A stretch of 64,000 bases of DNA from Candidatus Eiseniibacteriota bacterium (GTDB lineage Bacteria; Joyebacterota; Joyebacteria; Joyebacterales; Joyebacteraceae). The notes below the pieces were generated by a model. It did not search any database. It was not told where the DNA came from and saw nothing but the letters and a program-made list of their open reading frames with translations. Where the stretch lies: positions 2,751-66,750 of the forward strand of contig JBDRIO010000009.1 in the NCBI GenBank assembly GCA_043815815.1, in the 5' to 3' direction. Positions 9,290 through 18,662 of this stretch are shown in pieces (positions within the stretch are counted from its first letter, which is position 1; each line of letters starts with the position of its first letter). The position numbers and the translations under genes are program-made.

Positions 9290-11265
9290 CTCAGAGCCCC
9301 CCGGATCTCCGCGCTGATCTGCGCGTCGTCGAAATGCATGGCGGAAGCGGCGCCGGAAGGACACGCGGCAGCGCACGTCCCGCACCCGCGACAGAGCGTG
9401 TCGTCCGCCCGAATGAGTCCGTCCTCCCTGCCGCGCTTCATGGCCCCGAACGGACACACGGACACGCAGACGCCGCATCGCGAGCAGGCGTCGCCGTCGA
9501 CCGTCGCTACCGTCGCCTCGAGGACCAGTCGCTCGCCCGGAACGAGGCTCTGAAGCACCTTGCCCGCGGCGGCCTGTCCCTGTGCCACGGCAGTCTCTAT
9601 GTCGCACGGCCCTCTCGCCGCTCCCACGACGAAGACGCCCTCGCTCGTCGTCGAGACCGGCGCGAGCTTCGCGTGAACGCTCTCGAGGAAGCCGGACGCG
9701 TCGTCGGGCGGAGCGATCTCGAACAGCTCCGCGAGCCGCGCCGCGTCGCTCCCTCCCTCCATCGCGGGCGCCAGAACGACCACGTCGCACTCGCGGCTCA
9801 GGATCTCTCCCTGCGCGCTCACGTACGTCACGACGGGACGACCGTCCCGTTCCTCCACCTTCACGGAGCCCGGCTCCATCGTGCGAAGGAACTCGACCTT
9901 GCCGTCCGCGAGGAGTTCCCGGTGCAGCCTCTCGGCGCCCCTGCCCGGCAGGCAGAGGTCGGCGCAGAGGTCGAGCACGCGCGCGTCCGGGAGCTGCTTT
10001 CTGATGAGGTGGGCGAACTTGAGCATGTACCCGCAGCACACGCCGGAGCAGTAGGAGTGGAACTCGCTCGTCCGGGACCCGACGCAGTGAATGAGGGCCA
10101 CCGTATCGGGCTCGTCCCCGGACGCCTTGACGACGCGACCGTCGGTCGGGCCGTTCGAGCTCAGCATGCGCTCGAACTCGAGCGCGTCGCGGACGTCGGG
10201 GATCGTCCCCCAGCCGTATCGGCCGGCGGTCTCCGAATCGAACAGAGTGAACCCCGTGGCGAGCACCACGGCGCCGACCGTGAGTTCGCGCGAGACGTCC
10301 TCCTGCGAGTAGTCTATGGCCCCGAACGGGCAGGCGGCAGCGCACGCGCCGCAGGGCTCGCCCTCGCCCGCTTCGCCGTCGGCGTAGCGGGGACAGGCGT
10401 TCCTGTCGAGCGCCGGAACGCTCGGCAAGGCACCCGCGAACGGCGTGTCGATGGCGGCGCGCTCGCCCTGTCCTGCGACCTGGGGGTCTGGGACACGCAC
10501 CGGACACGCCTGCGCGCACGTTCCGCATCCGATGCAGCTGCCGATGTCGACCGAGCGCGCGTGTGTCGTCACGCGGACGGTGTAGTTGCCGCGGCTGCCC
10601 AGCACCTCAGCGACCTCCGTACCCGTGAGGACCTCTATGCGATCGTTGTGCAGGAGCTCGTCCATCATCGGCTCGAGCATGCAACTGGCGCACTCGAGAC
10701 CCGGGAACACGTCCTCGCACCTGACGGTGGACCCTCCGACCCACGGCTCCTTCTCCACGACGTACACCTTGCGCGCCTTCTGGGCCATCGTGAGCGCCGC
10801 GCTCATGCCGGCGACTCCTGCCCCGACGACGAGCGCGTCGGGCATGCAGTCGATCTCCCTGGCCTCGAGCGGCGCGTGACGCGCGACCCTGTTCACCGCG
10901 GCGCGGATGAGGCGCCCGGCCTTCTCCGTCGCGAGGGCGGTGTCCCTGGTGACCCACGCGCACTGCTCCCTGATGTTCGCCATCTGCAGCAGGAAGGGAT
11001 TGAGCCCCGAGCACTCGAGGACTCCCCTGAACGTCTTCTCGTGCTCCTTGGGGGAGCACGCGGCGACGACGACGCGGGTCAGGCCGTGCTTCCGCACCGC
11101 GTCCTCGATGACGCGCTTCCCCTCGTCCGAGCACAGCAGCCGATGCCGCTCGGCGTGAACCACGCCCGGCAGGCCGGACGCGCGGCTCACGAGCTCTGCG
11201 ACGTTCATAGCGTCCCCGATGTTGGGACCGCACTCACACACGAAGACGCCCGTTCGCTCGCCCAT
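9286..11265 (-). CDS. hdrA: heterodisulfide reductase subunit A-like flavo-iron-sulfur protein
   Basis: GVFVCECG, VAACSP, NIREQCAW, Rossmann VVGAGVAG, HCVGSR...YCSGVCC, four ferredoxin-type Cys clusters (e.g. CIGCGTCAQACP, CRGCGTCAAACPSGA); 659 aa; SD GGAGG. Confidence 0.95.
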   Translation of the reverse strand: MGERTGVFVCECGPNIGDAMNVAELVSRASGLPGVVHAERHRLLCSDEGKRVIEDAVRKHGLTRVVVAACSPKEHEKTFRGVLECSGLNPFLLQMANIREQCAWVTRDTALATEKAGRLIRAAVNRVARHAPLEAREIDCMPDALVVGAGVAGMSAALTMAQKARKVYVVEKEPWVGGSTVRCEDVFPGLECASCMLEPMMDELLHNDRIEVLTGTEVAEVLGSRGNYTVRVTTHARSVDIGSCIGCGTCAQACPVRVPDPQVAGQGERAAIDTPFAGALPSVPALDRNACPRYADGEAGEGEPCGACAAACPFGAIDYSQEDVSRELTVGAVVLATGFTLFDSETAGRYGWGTIPDVRDALEFERMLSSNGPTDGRVVKASGDEPDTVALIHCVGSRTSEFHSYCSGVCCGYMLKFAHLIRKQLPDARVLDLCADLCLPGRGAERLHRELLADGKVEFLRTMEPGSVKVEERDGRPVVTYVSAQGEILSRECDVVVLAPAMEGGSDAARLAELFEIAPPDDASGFLESVHAKLAPVSTTSEGVFVVGAARGPCDIETAVAQGQAAAGKVLQSLVPGERLVLEATVATVDGDACSRCGVCVSVCPFGAMKRGREDGLIRADDTLCRGCGTCAAACPSGAASAMHFDDAQISAEIRGALR

Positions 11266-11329
11266 GGATCCTCCAGTTCGTCGTTCAAATGCGCGCCCGG
11301 CTCGCGTGGCCGTCCGCGCCCGCGTTCGT

Positions 11330-11878
11330 CTACTCGAGGACGGTCCGCTCCGACCGCGTCACGCTCTCCACGTCCAGGAGCGTGAGCACCGTGCTGTCCT
11401 CCAGACGGACCTGCCCTCTCGACAGGGCAGCCTCTGCCTCCGGAACCGTCGACAGCGGTGGCTGGATGCTGTCGGCGGTCACGGTCAGAACCGCCCCCAC
11501 CTCGTCCGCCATGAGTCCCGTCACCATTCCGCCGCTCTCGACGACGACGATCCGCGTGTCGAGGCGGGGCTCCATGTGCCCGGTCCGCATGAGGCGGAGC
11601 AGGTCTATGACCGACGTCACCGAGCCGCGCACGTTCGCCACGCCCACGACGTGGTCCGGAAGGTGCGGCAGCTTCGTGACCGGCTGCATCTCCAGTACCT
11701 CGATGACCGAGGTCACGTCGATCGCGTACCACTCGTCGCCGAGCGAGAACGACAGGAGCGTGAGTTCGTCGGTGACCGTGACGTCGTCCCCGTACCCCTC
11801 CGCCGCGTCCTCGTAGAGATAGAGCCCGTCCGTGGAGAACGAATCCCCCGTGTCGGTCTCCGGTCGTTCAGTTTCCAT
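11330..11878 (-). CDS. cheW: chemotaxis coupling protein CheW
   Basis: LLSFSLGDEWYAIDV..VIEV, LPHLPDHVVGVANVRGSVTSVIDL. Confidence 0.92.
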   Translation of the reverse strand: METERPETDTGDSFSTDGLYLYEDAAEGYGDDVTVTDELTLLSFSLGDEWYAIDVTSVIEVLEMQPVTKLPHLPDHVVGVANVRGSVTSVIDLLRLMRTGHMEPRLDTRIVVVESGGMVTGLMADEVGAVLTVTADSIQPPLSTVPEAEAALSRGQVRLEDSTVLTLLDVESVTRSERTVLE

Positions 11879-12401
11879 CCTCGCCTCCGCTGTTCATCTC
11901 TCCGAAGATCTGAGACCCGGTGCCCAGAGGACCCGCCAGGTCGGTGTCGACGACGACATCCAGGTCGAGCATCAGCACGATCTCGTCGCCCATCCTGGCA
12001 ACGCCGCTCACGCAGTCGGGAGCGCCCAGCCCCGCGGGCGGCTCCGAGACGTCGTCCGCGTGCGTCTGCCAGATCCTGGTGACGGCGTCCACGACCATGC
12101 CCGCCATCCCGCTCTTGGTGCGCACCACCACGATGCGCCGTTCGATGTCGTCCTCCGCGGGCTCGGCGCCGAGCCGCTCGCGGAGCCCGAGTATCGGGAT
12201 GACCCTGCCCCTGATGTCGACCACGCCCCGAACGAACGACGGAACGCCCGGCACGGGCCTGACGTCGATGAGCGGATTGACGCCCAGTACCGAGTCGACA
12301 TCTACGCAGTACTCACATCCGGCCACCTGGAAGCAGACTACGTCCAGCATCTGCTGTGCGCGGCTGCCTGCGGCCGCTGGTGTCGTGCCTTCAGTCCGCA
12401 T
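11868..12401 (-). CDS. cheW: chemotaxis coupling protein CheW (second copy)
   Basis: VPGVPSFVRGVVDIRGRVIPILGL, GMVVDAV; SD GGAGG before the ATG at 12401, which lies inside the cheR 3' end. Confidence 0.9.
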   Translation of the reverse strand: MRTEGTTPAAAGSRAQQMLDVVCFQVAGCEYCVDVDSVLGVNPLIDVRPVPGVPSFVRGVVDIRGRVIPILGLRERLGAEPAEDDIERRIVVVRTKSGMAGMVVDAVTRIWQTHADDVSEPPAGLGAPDCVSGVARMGDEIVLMLDLDVVVDTDLAGPLGTGSQIFGEMNSGGEDGN

Positions 12402-13905
12402 CGTTCCTCCGGATCTGGTCCAGCGTTTCGAGCGCGTTCCTGTACTCGCGCTCAGCGTCCCACTCGAGTCCCATCTCTCTGTAGAGCCCCGCGATAGTGA
12501 AGCGCGCCAGGCTGTGGCCGGGGTCCAGGTACACGCACCGCCTGAGGTCTGCGAGCGCGGTCTTGGGCTGCGCCATCCCCTTGTGAATGAGCCCCATGAG
12601 GAAGTGCGGCTGCGCAGCCAGTCCGTCAAGGCCTATGGCGCTCCTGCAGCTCTCCTCCGCTTCGTCCAGTCGTCCCGCGCCGGCCAGGATCTCCGCCATG
12701 AGCGCGAACGCGCCGGGCGATGCCGGGTCCAGATCCAGGGCCCTGCGAGCGGCTCGCTCGGCTCTCTCGAGGTCCTCTTCTGCGAGCCAGGCCGCAGCCT
12801 CCCGCGCGAAGGTCCCTGCGTCAGCGGTCGTGTGCTCCGGAGTGGCCTGCTTCGGGCCGACGTGCTCCGGCTTCGCGTGCTCCGGGGTGACCTGCTTCGG
12901 GTCGACGTGCTCCGGCCTCGCATGCTCCGGCTTGGCGCGCTCCGTAGCCGAACGCCCCGGTCCGGCATGCTCCGGCCTGACACGCTCCGTAGCCGCACGC
13001 TCCAGCCTGGGCGGAAGCGTCTCCCTCCCGCGCGGAGCGGTCTCGCGATGCGCGCCGCAGCGGTGAGGGACGTCCTCGGTCCTCACGTAGACGAACGTGC
13101 GTCCAACTCGTTTGGCCTTGAATCGGGCGCTCAACCGGCTCGGCGACTCCGCCGCGCCGGCGAACAGGTAGCCTCCCGGCGACAGCCAGTCGTGTATCCT
13201 CTCGAGCACCGCGCCGGCCGTCTCCTGGCTGAAGTAGATGACGACGTTGCGGCAGAAGATGATGTCGAACGTCCCGTCGGGCTCGTAGTCGAGCAGATTG
13301 GTCTCCAGGAACTCGACGTGCCTGGCGACGTCGCTGCTCACGAGCAGTCCGCAGTCGCTGAGATCGCAGTGCCTCTGCATGTGTCCGATCCACTCCGAGC
13401 CTACGTACTTGAGCGCCTCGTTCGCGTATCTGCCGGAGCGGGCGACGGCCAGCGCGTCCGGGCTGATGTCGGCGGCGATGACCTCGAAGGGCAGCGAGAC
13501 GCCGCAGCGGTGAGCTTCGAGCAGTACAGCCGCGATCGAGTAGGGTTCCTCTCCGGTGGAGCAACCGGCCGACAGCGCTCTCACGGGGCCCTGGTCGCCG
13601 GAGGCCCTACGCCTGGCGACGATGCGCGGAAGAACGATGTCTCTCAGTGCTGCGAACTGCCCCGGGTCTCTGAAGAACCGTGTGTGGCCGACGGTGAGGA
13701 GCTTCACGATCTCGGTGAACTCCGTCCCGACGCCGGCGCAAGAATTCAGGAGCGCGTGGTAGTCGTCCGCCGTCCGGCAGCCCGACGCGGCCATGCGCTC
13801 GCCCACGAGACCGTTCAACGTCGGGAGATCGTGCTCCGGCACCACGATGCCCGTGCGCTCTGCGATGAGACCGCGTATCTTCTCTGCTGCCGGACCGACG
13901 GCCAC
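12391..13905 (-). CDS. cheR: CheR methyltransferase with C-terminal TPR domain
   Basis: TRFFRD, SAGCSTGEEPYSIA, FDIIFCRNVVIYF, then TPR helices; GTG start at 13905 after GGAGAGG. Confidence 0.92.
   Translation of the reverse strand: MAVGPAAEKIRGLIAERTGIVVPEHDLPTLNGLVGERMAASGCRTADDYHALLNSCAGVGTEFTEIVKLLTVGHTRFFRDPGQFAALRDIVLPRIVARRRASGDQGPVRALSAGCSTGEEPYSIAAVLLEAHRCGVSLPFEVIAADISPDALAVARSGRYANEALKYVGSEWIGHMQRHCDLSDCGLLVSSDVARHVEFLETNLLDYEPDGTFDIIFCRNVVIYFSQETAGAVLERIHDWLSPGGYLFAGAAESPSRLSARFKAKRVGRTFVYVRTEDVPHRCGAHRETAPRGRETLPPRLERAATERVRPEHAGPGRSATERAKPEHARPEHVDPKQVTPEHAKPEHVGPKQATPEHTTADAGTFAREAAAWLAEEDLERAERAARRALDLDPASPGAFALMAEILAGAGRLDEAEESCRSAIGLDGLAAQPHFLMGLIHKGMAQPKTALADLRRCVYLDPGHSLARFTIAGLYREMGLEWDAEREYRNALETLDQIRRNDAD
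12825..13010 (-). repeat. degenerate 15-bp coding tandem repeat (PEHAK/PEHVD/PKQVT units) in the CheR linker
   Basis: Recurring tgctccgg/ttcggg motifs at 15-nt spacing. Confidence 0.8.
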
Positions 13906-13996
13906 TGAGACACCTCTCCGCGATGACGGCCCGGCGAAACAGACCGTTGAAGCGAGACGGGATCCCCCCTGAACGCACCTAATCGACACGTCAGGG

Positions 13997-14013
13997 TGCA
14001 ACTGACGTGCCAA
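13997..14013 (-). promoter_or_regulatory. sigma-54 (-24/-12) promoter of the chemosensory operon
   Basis: Minus strand reads TTGGCACGTCAGTTGCA, matching TGGCACG-N4-TTGC, about 90 nt upstream of cheR. Confidence 0.8.
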
Positions 14014-14061
14014 GGCCTTCTGCTGTGAGATATGATGGGCTGTTCAGATGGGCGGGGTAGC

Positions 14062-14088
14062 ACGGGGCCCCGGAGGACGGGGCCCCGT
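14062..14088. terminator. GC-rich hairpin, probable terminator downstream of the 14133 gene
   Basis: acggggccccg-gagga-cggggccccgt; no clear U-tract. Confidence 0.5.
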
Positions 14089-14132
14089 CTGTCAGACCAT
14101 GTGGAAGAGCGGTCCGCCTCTCATGCCGTGGG

Positions 14133-15374
14133 TCAGCGGTACAGCGCCTTCACCTTACCCCAGCTCGACTCCTCGACCGGCGAGTCGCAGCCCTGGTCGA
14201 GCGCGCCGACCAACTGGCCGCACGGGCTCACGCTCGCGAGACAGGGAGATGTGTCGTAGAGCCGGTAGTCGGCTCCATCGAACCAGCAGAATTCCGGATC
14301 CTGCGAGAAGTTGTTGTCGATGCCGGTCTGGTCGCCAACGACGGCGTCGTAGTTGCCGTCGGGGTTTCCGTAGACGTCGCAGCAAGTGAGCGTCGGTTCC
14401 TGCCCTTCGTCGGCGCCAACTCCAAACCCCGGCCCGTTGAACGCGATGATCGAGTTCTCGACAGCCCCGGTCCCCGCGAAGCAGTAGACGCCGGCCGCGT
14501 CGGAGGCCGCGGAGTTCTCGACGATCGTGCAGTTAGAGACCGTCCCGCCCAGGAGCCACACGCCGCCGGAGTGGCCGTAGAGCGCATCGTTCCTGGCGAT
14601 CTCGCAGTTGACCAGACTCATGTTGCCGAACATGCGCACGCCGCCGGCCCGCGGGGCCGTGTTGCTGACGATCCGGCAGTAGCTGAACTCGAGGTACGCT
14701 CCGGCGGTCGCGTAGACGCCTCCGGCCAGCCCCTGGAACCCGTCCACCTCGTTGTCCCCGATGAGGCAGCCGTCGAAGTTGCCCCCGGCCGACCAGACCG
14801 ACACGCCTCCGCCGTAGCCGCCGCTGTTCCCCGTGATCGTACAGAGGCTAATGAGCACGTCGGCGCCGTCGCTCACGTACAGACCACCACCTCTGGTGTC
14901 GTCACCCTCGGCTGTGCAGTTCGCGATGATGACGTCCGCGAGCACCGCGTCAACGCCCTCGATCCAGATGCCGCCGCCGTGAGTCGTCGTGTATCCGTTG
15001 ATGACGGCCACGTCCTCGAGCCACGGAATGGCATCCCCGGGCGTGAAGTGGAAGCCCCGGTGCTCCTCGCGGGCGCTCCCCTGGCAGTCGATGATGCAGA
15101 CCATCGCGTCCCAGCTCTCCGAACGGATCGTGAAGGTGACGGCGGGAACGACGATGTCACGGTTCCCCGGGCCGGTGTACGTCCCGTCCGCCAGCAGAAT
15201 GACGTCGCCGGTCCCGGCGGAGTCGACGGCCGCCTGGATCGTCGCGAAGTCCCCGGTCCCCTCCGGGTTGACCACGTAGGTCGTGGCGAACGCGGCACCA
15301 TGGGCGAGAGCGAGCGTGAAGACGACACACAGACAGACGACGCGCAGGTGAACGACCGCGTTCGCGGTGCGCAT
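14133..15374 (-). CDS. secreted right-handed beta-helix (pectin-lyase-like) protein with SWG-type C-terminal tail
   Basis: Signal peptide; GDFATIQAAVD..GDVILLADGTY; repeated GGG(I/V)/N motifs; ends CDSPVEESSWGKVKALYR; SD GGGAGG. Confidence 0.8.
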   Translation of the reverse strand: MRTANAVVHLRVVCLCVVFTLALAHGAAFATTYVVNPEGTGDFATIQAAVDSAGTGDVILLADGTYTGPGNRDIVVPAVTFTIRSESWDAMVCIIDCQGSAREEHRGFHFTPGDAIPWLEDVAVINGYTTTHGGGIWIEGVDAVLADVIIANCTAEGDDTRGGGLYVSDGADVLISLCTITGNSGGYGGGVSVWSAGGNFDGCLIGDNEVDGFQGLAGGVYATAGAYLEFSYCRIVSNTAPRAGGVRMFGNMSLVNCEIARNDALYGHSGGVWLLGGTVSNCTIVENSAASDAAGVYCFAGTGAVENSIIAFNGPGFGVGADEGQEPTLTCCDVYGNPDGNYDAVVGDQTGIDNNFSQDPEFCWFDGADYRLYDTSPCLASVSPCGQLVGALDQGCDSPVEESSWGKVKALYR

Positions 15375-15520
15375 GAGACCCTCCCAACATGCAGATGCCC
15401 GAACCTCACTCCGGTTCGGGCATCGTATCACACATCCGGACTCTCGACCAGCCGGCCCCCGGAAGGTACGCCTGACACGGTCCGCCGAAGCGTCTTCGTG
15501 TCGCTGCAGCGCGCGCCGCG

Positions 15521-16426
15521 CTACCCTCCCACCGTCACCCGGTTCCTGCCCATGCGCTTGCTCTGCTTGAGCATCCCGTTGACGATGGCGAGGATCTCGG
15601 GAACCGAGTCGCCCCACTTGGCGACGGCGGCTCCGATCGAGACGGACGCGTGGAGGCTCTTGCCGCTCTCGAGCGGAAGATGCGACGCTCCGACCAGTGA
15701 CTGGAACCGGTGCGCCACCTTCGCGAGTTCTTTCCGGTCGACGTTCAAGACGACGCCAAGGAACCGCCCGGCGTCCCAGTGGCCGACGAGGTCGAACGGG
15801 CGGCTGTTGTAGAGGAGCGTCTGCCCGACCATCCGCAGGACGTCGTCGCCGACATCTCTGCCGTGCATGCGGTTCAGCTCGCCAAGATGGTCGACGTCCA
15901 TGAGGACCACGCCGAACACCCGGCCGAACCTCTCGAGTTCCGCGACGCGCGTCTCGAGTTCGCGTTCGAGGCACGCCTTGCTCGGCAATCCGGTGAGATC
16001 GTCGAGCATTGCGAGACGCTCGAGCTCGTGCTCCCGCTCGACTCGCGCCACCGACGCTGAGTTGTCGGAGAAGACCTGCACGGCGCCGGTGATCTTCCTG
16101 TCTTCGTCGCGTATCGGAGAGATGCGCACGAGAACGGGGACGCGATGCCCCCTCTTGTGATGCAGGAAGACGCCGACCTCGCGCCGGCGTCCGTCCCTGA
16201 GCGTCTTGGCGAGCGGGCACTCGTTCCTGCAGAGGTTCCGCCCGTCCGCGTCGACGTGTTCCAGTATTTCCTCGTCGCAGAGCCTGCCCACGACGTCTCT
16301 GGCCTTGTAGCCCGAGAGCTTCTCGGCGGCCTTGTTCCAGTAGGTGATCCGGCGGTCGGGGTCCACCAGGTAGACACCGTCGTAGAGGTGTTCCACGACG
16401 CTCTCGAAGAACTCCTCCTTTTTCAT
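15521..16426 (-). CDS. PAS + degenerate GGDEF-domain protein
   Basis: PAS (ITYWNKAAEKLSGY), DDLTGL, RPFD I-site, active-site loop WDAGRF. Confidence 0.85.
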   Translation of the reverse strand: MKKEEFFESVVEHLYDGVYLVDPDRRITYWNKAAEKLSGYKARDVVGRLCDEEILEHVDADGRNLCRNECPLAKTLRDGRRREVGVFLHHKRGHRVPVLVRISPIRDEDRKITGAVQVFSDNSASVARVEREHELERLAMLDDLTGLPSKACLERELETRVAELERFGRVFGVVLMDVDHLGELNRMHGRDVGDDVLRMVGQTLLYNSRPFDLVGHWDAGRFLGVVLNVDRKELAKVAHRFQSLVGASHLPLESGKSLHASVSIGAAVAKWGDSVPEILAIVNGMLKQSKRMGRNRVTVGG

Positions 16427-16471
16427 CTCGGCTCACCTCCTCGTCCCGTTCCCTGCGTCCGCCGCATCATT

Positions 16472-16500
16472 ATTGTACCACCGTTCAGCATCGAAATCAA
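16472..16500 (-). promoter_or_regulatory. sigma-70-type promoter
   Basis: TTGATT-N17-TACAAT on the minus strand upstream of 16426. Confidence 0.65.
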
Positions 16501-16764
16501 GGAAGTGTTCCGGTAAAGTGTTGCAGCGTGGCAAGGAGACGCCGCGGGCTGCGTGCCCGCGACTCCCTCGTGCCACCGTTCGCGGGAAGCGCCGGGCTGA
16601 CGGCACGCGCCTCCAGCGGTCAGCCCCGCCGCCCTCGCGCGCCGACCTGGGCGATGGTATCCTTGTCTCTGTGACCGCTCACATCGCCATCCCTTCGGCA
16701 CTCAGCCGCGATGGCGCCGACGCACCAGTCAACCTCGACGCGTCACCAACGGAGGTGCTCCCCC

Positions 16765-18609
16765 ATGCCGCGCGAACCGCTCGTTCTCGCAACGCTCGCA
16801 GTCGTCGCCGCAACGTTCGCCGTCGTCGCGACTCCTCTCTCCGCCACCGTGCACCTCGTCGACCAGGGCGGAGGAGGCGACTTCACGACGATAGGCGCCG
16901 CCGTCTCGGCGGCGTCGCCTGCAGACACGGTCCTCATCGCCGCCGGAACATACCAGGGTGCCGGCAACACGAACGTCGACCTCGGAGGGAAGAACCTCGT
17001 CATCAGATCCGAGAGCGGCGCGGCCAACACGATCATCGACTGCGAGCGGATCGGTCCGAACACGCGCGCGTTCTACCTGCACTCCGGCGAGGACACGACC
17101 TGCGTAATCGAAGACCTCACCGTCCTCCGCGGCTACGCCATCAGCGGCGCCGCCATCTGGTGCGACGGTGCGTCCCCCAAGATCGTCTCCTGCCGGTTCG
17201 ACAGCTGCGGGGTCGCCTACGGCACGGTCCGGCTCGACAACTCTGCGGCGCGCATCATCGGCTGCGCGTTCTCGAACTGCACGGTCTTCGTTGTGGGCGC
17301 GGGCATCTACTCCTCGAACTCGTCCCCCGTCATCCGAAGCACGACGTTCGACTCGTGCTCGTCCGGCTTTCACGGCGGAGGCATGATCCTCCTGGACGGC
17401 GGGTCGGCGACCCTCACGGACGTGACGCTCACGGGCTGTTCTTCCGGCGGGGACGGAGGCGGCATCTACTGCCAGGACGCGCCCCCGACGTTCACGCGCG
17501 TCCACTTCGTAGGCAACGTCGCCGACTCGACGAGCGGAGGCGGTCTCTACACGAACTGCGACGTCACGCTCAACGAGTGTACGTTCGTCGGCAACTACGC
17601 GGGGCAGGAAGGCGGAGGCGTCTACTGCCGGGGCTCCTACCTCGACGTGAACGACTGCACGTTCTCCGGGAACGACGGGTCTGCGGGAGGCGGCATCTAC
17701 GGCGAGGACGCCTTGCTCGACATCGACGGCGGCTCGTTCTACGACAACGTGGCTGGAATGGGCGGAGGCGTCTGCGCGCAGGGCGGTATCCCGATGGTCG
17801 ACGACGTCTCGTTCGACATGAACGGGGCGGCCATCTACGGCGGAGGCCTCGCGTTCCTGGACGCGCTCGGCGGCGTAGACAGCTGCACGTTCACGGACAA
17901 CGACGCGTGGTCCGGCGCCGCCATCTACTTCGACGGTCCGGCGGATCCGACCGTCGACCTGTGCACGCTCTCCGGGAACACCTCGGCTCTGGGCGGAAAC
18001 TGCGCTCTCCTCTGCGAGGGATGCGACCCCACGATCACCAACACGATCGTCGCGTTCACGGTCGACGGCTCCGGGATGGGGTGCGAGTCCGGCGCCTCCC
18101 CCACTACGACGCACTCGTGCTTCTACGGAAACGCAGAGGGCGACGGCCTCTGCGGAAGCTACAGCAACAACCTCTTCGATGACCCGCTCTTCTGCGCGGG
18201 CCCCACGGACAACGTGTGGCTTCACGACGACTCGCCCTTCCTCCCCGCCGGCAACCCGTGGAGCGAGCAGATAGGCTCCCGCGGAGCGGGAGGGTGCGGG
18301 CCGTCATCGGGCATCGACGAGACCGCGGGAAGCCTCGTGCTCTTCCCCGCGAGACCGAATCCGGCTGCCGGCTCCGCAACGATCGAGTGGGCGGCTCCGG
18401 TGGCGGCGGGCGAGGCCCGCGTGGCCATCTACGATCCCGCGGGTCGACTGGTGCACAGAGCGCGGGTGGCCGCGGGAGCCGACGGCAGCGGGCGCTACGT
18501 CTGGAGCGGACGCGACGATTCGGGCAACGAGGTCGCGTCGGGGCTCTATCTCGTGCGAGTGGAGTCGGGCGGCCAGGCGGAGCGCGGGACCGTAGTCGTG
18601 GTAAGGTAG
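16765..18609 (+). CDS. secreted beta-helix repeat protein with C-terminal FlgD-like Ig/sorting domain
   Basis: SD GGAGG; signal peptide; GGGIY/FxxN repeats; tail PNP...IYDPAGRLV...WSGRDDSGNEVASGLYLVR. Confidence 0.82.
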   Translation: MPREPLVLATLAVVAATFAVVATPLSATVHLVDQGGGGDFTTIGAAVSAASPADTVLIAAGTYQGAGNTNVDLGGKNLVIRSESGAANTIIDCERIGPNTRAFYLHSGEDTTCVIEDLTVLRGYAISGAAIWCDGASPKIVSCRFDSCGVAYGTVRLDNSAARIIGCAFSNCTVFVVGAGIYSSNSSPVIRSTTFDSCSSGFHGGGMILLDGGSATLTDVTLTGCSSGGDGGGIYCQDAPPTFTRVHFVGNVADSTSGGGLYTNCDVTLNECTFVGNYAGQEGGGVYCRGSYLDVNDCTFSGNDGSAGGGIYGEDALLDIDGGSFYDNVAGMGGGVCAQGGIPMVDDVSFDMNGAAIYGGGLAFLDALGGVDSCTFTDNDAWSGAAIYFDGPADPTVDLCTLSGNTSALGGNCALLCEGCDPTITNTIVAFTVDGSGMGCESGASPTTTHSCFYGNAEGDGLCGSYSNNLFDDPLFCAGPTDNVWLHDDSPFLPAGNPWSEQIGSRGAGGCGPSSGIDETAGSLVLFPARPNPAAGSATIEWAAPVAAGEARVAIYDPAGRLVHRARVAAGADGSGRYVWSGRDDSGNEVASGLYLVRVESGGQAERGTVVVVR

Positions 18610-18662
18610 CCTGCCGCACGCGGGACCGTCGTCGTGGTCAGGTAGCTTCCGAAGGAGACCGG

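Noticed and set aside
8675-10528. 617-aa ORF suggesting a large MvhD fusion
   Set aside because: The upstream part is an alternate frame of hdrA; the real start is the ATG at 9289 overlapping the hdrA stop.
13910-13975. Possible c-di-GMP riboswitch in the che operon leader
   Set aside because: I could not match the GEMM-I or class II consensus elements by eye.
14133-16436. 767-aa ORF suggesting a GGDEF/beta-helix fusion
   Set aside because: The N-terminal half is an off-frame read of the PAS-GGDEF gene; an SD and signal peptide mark the start at 15374.
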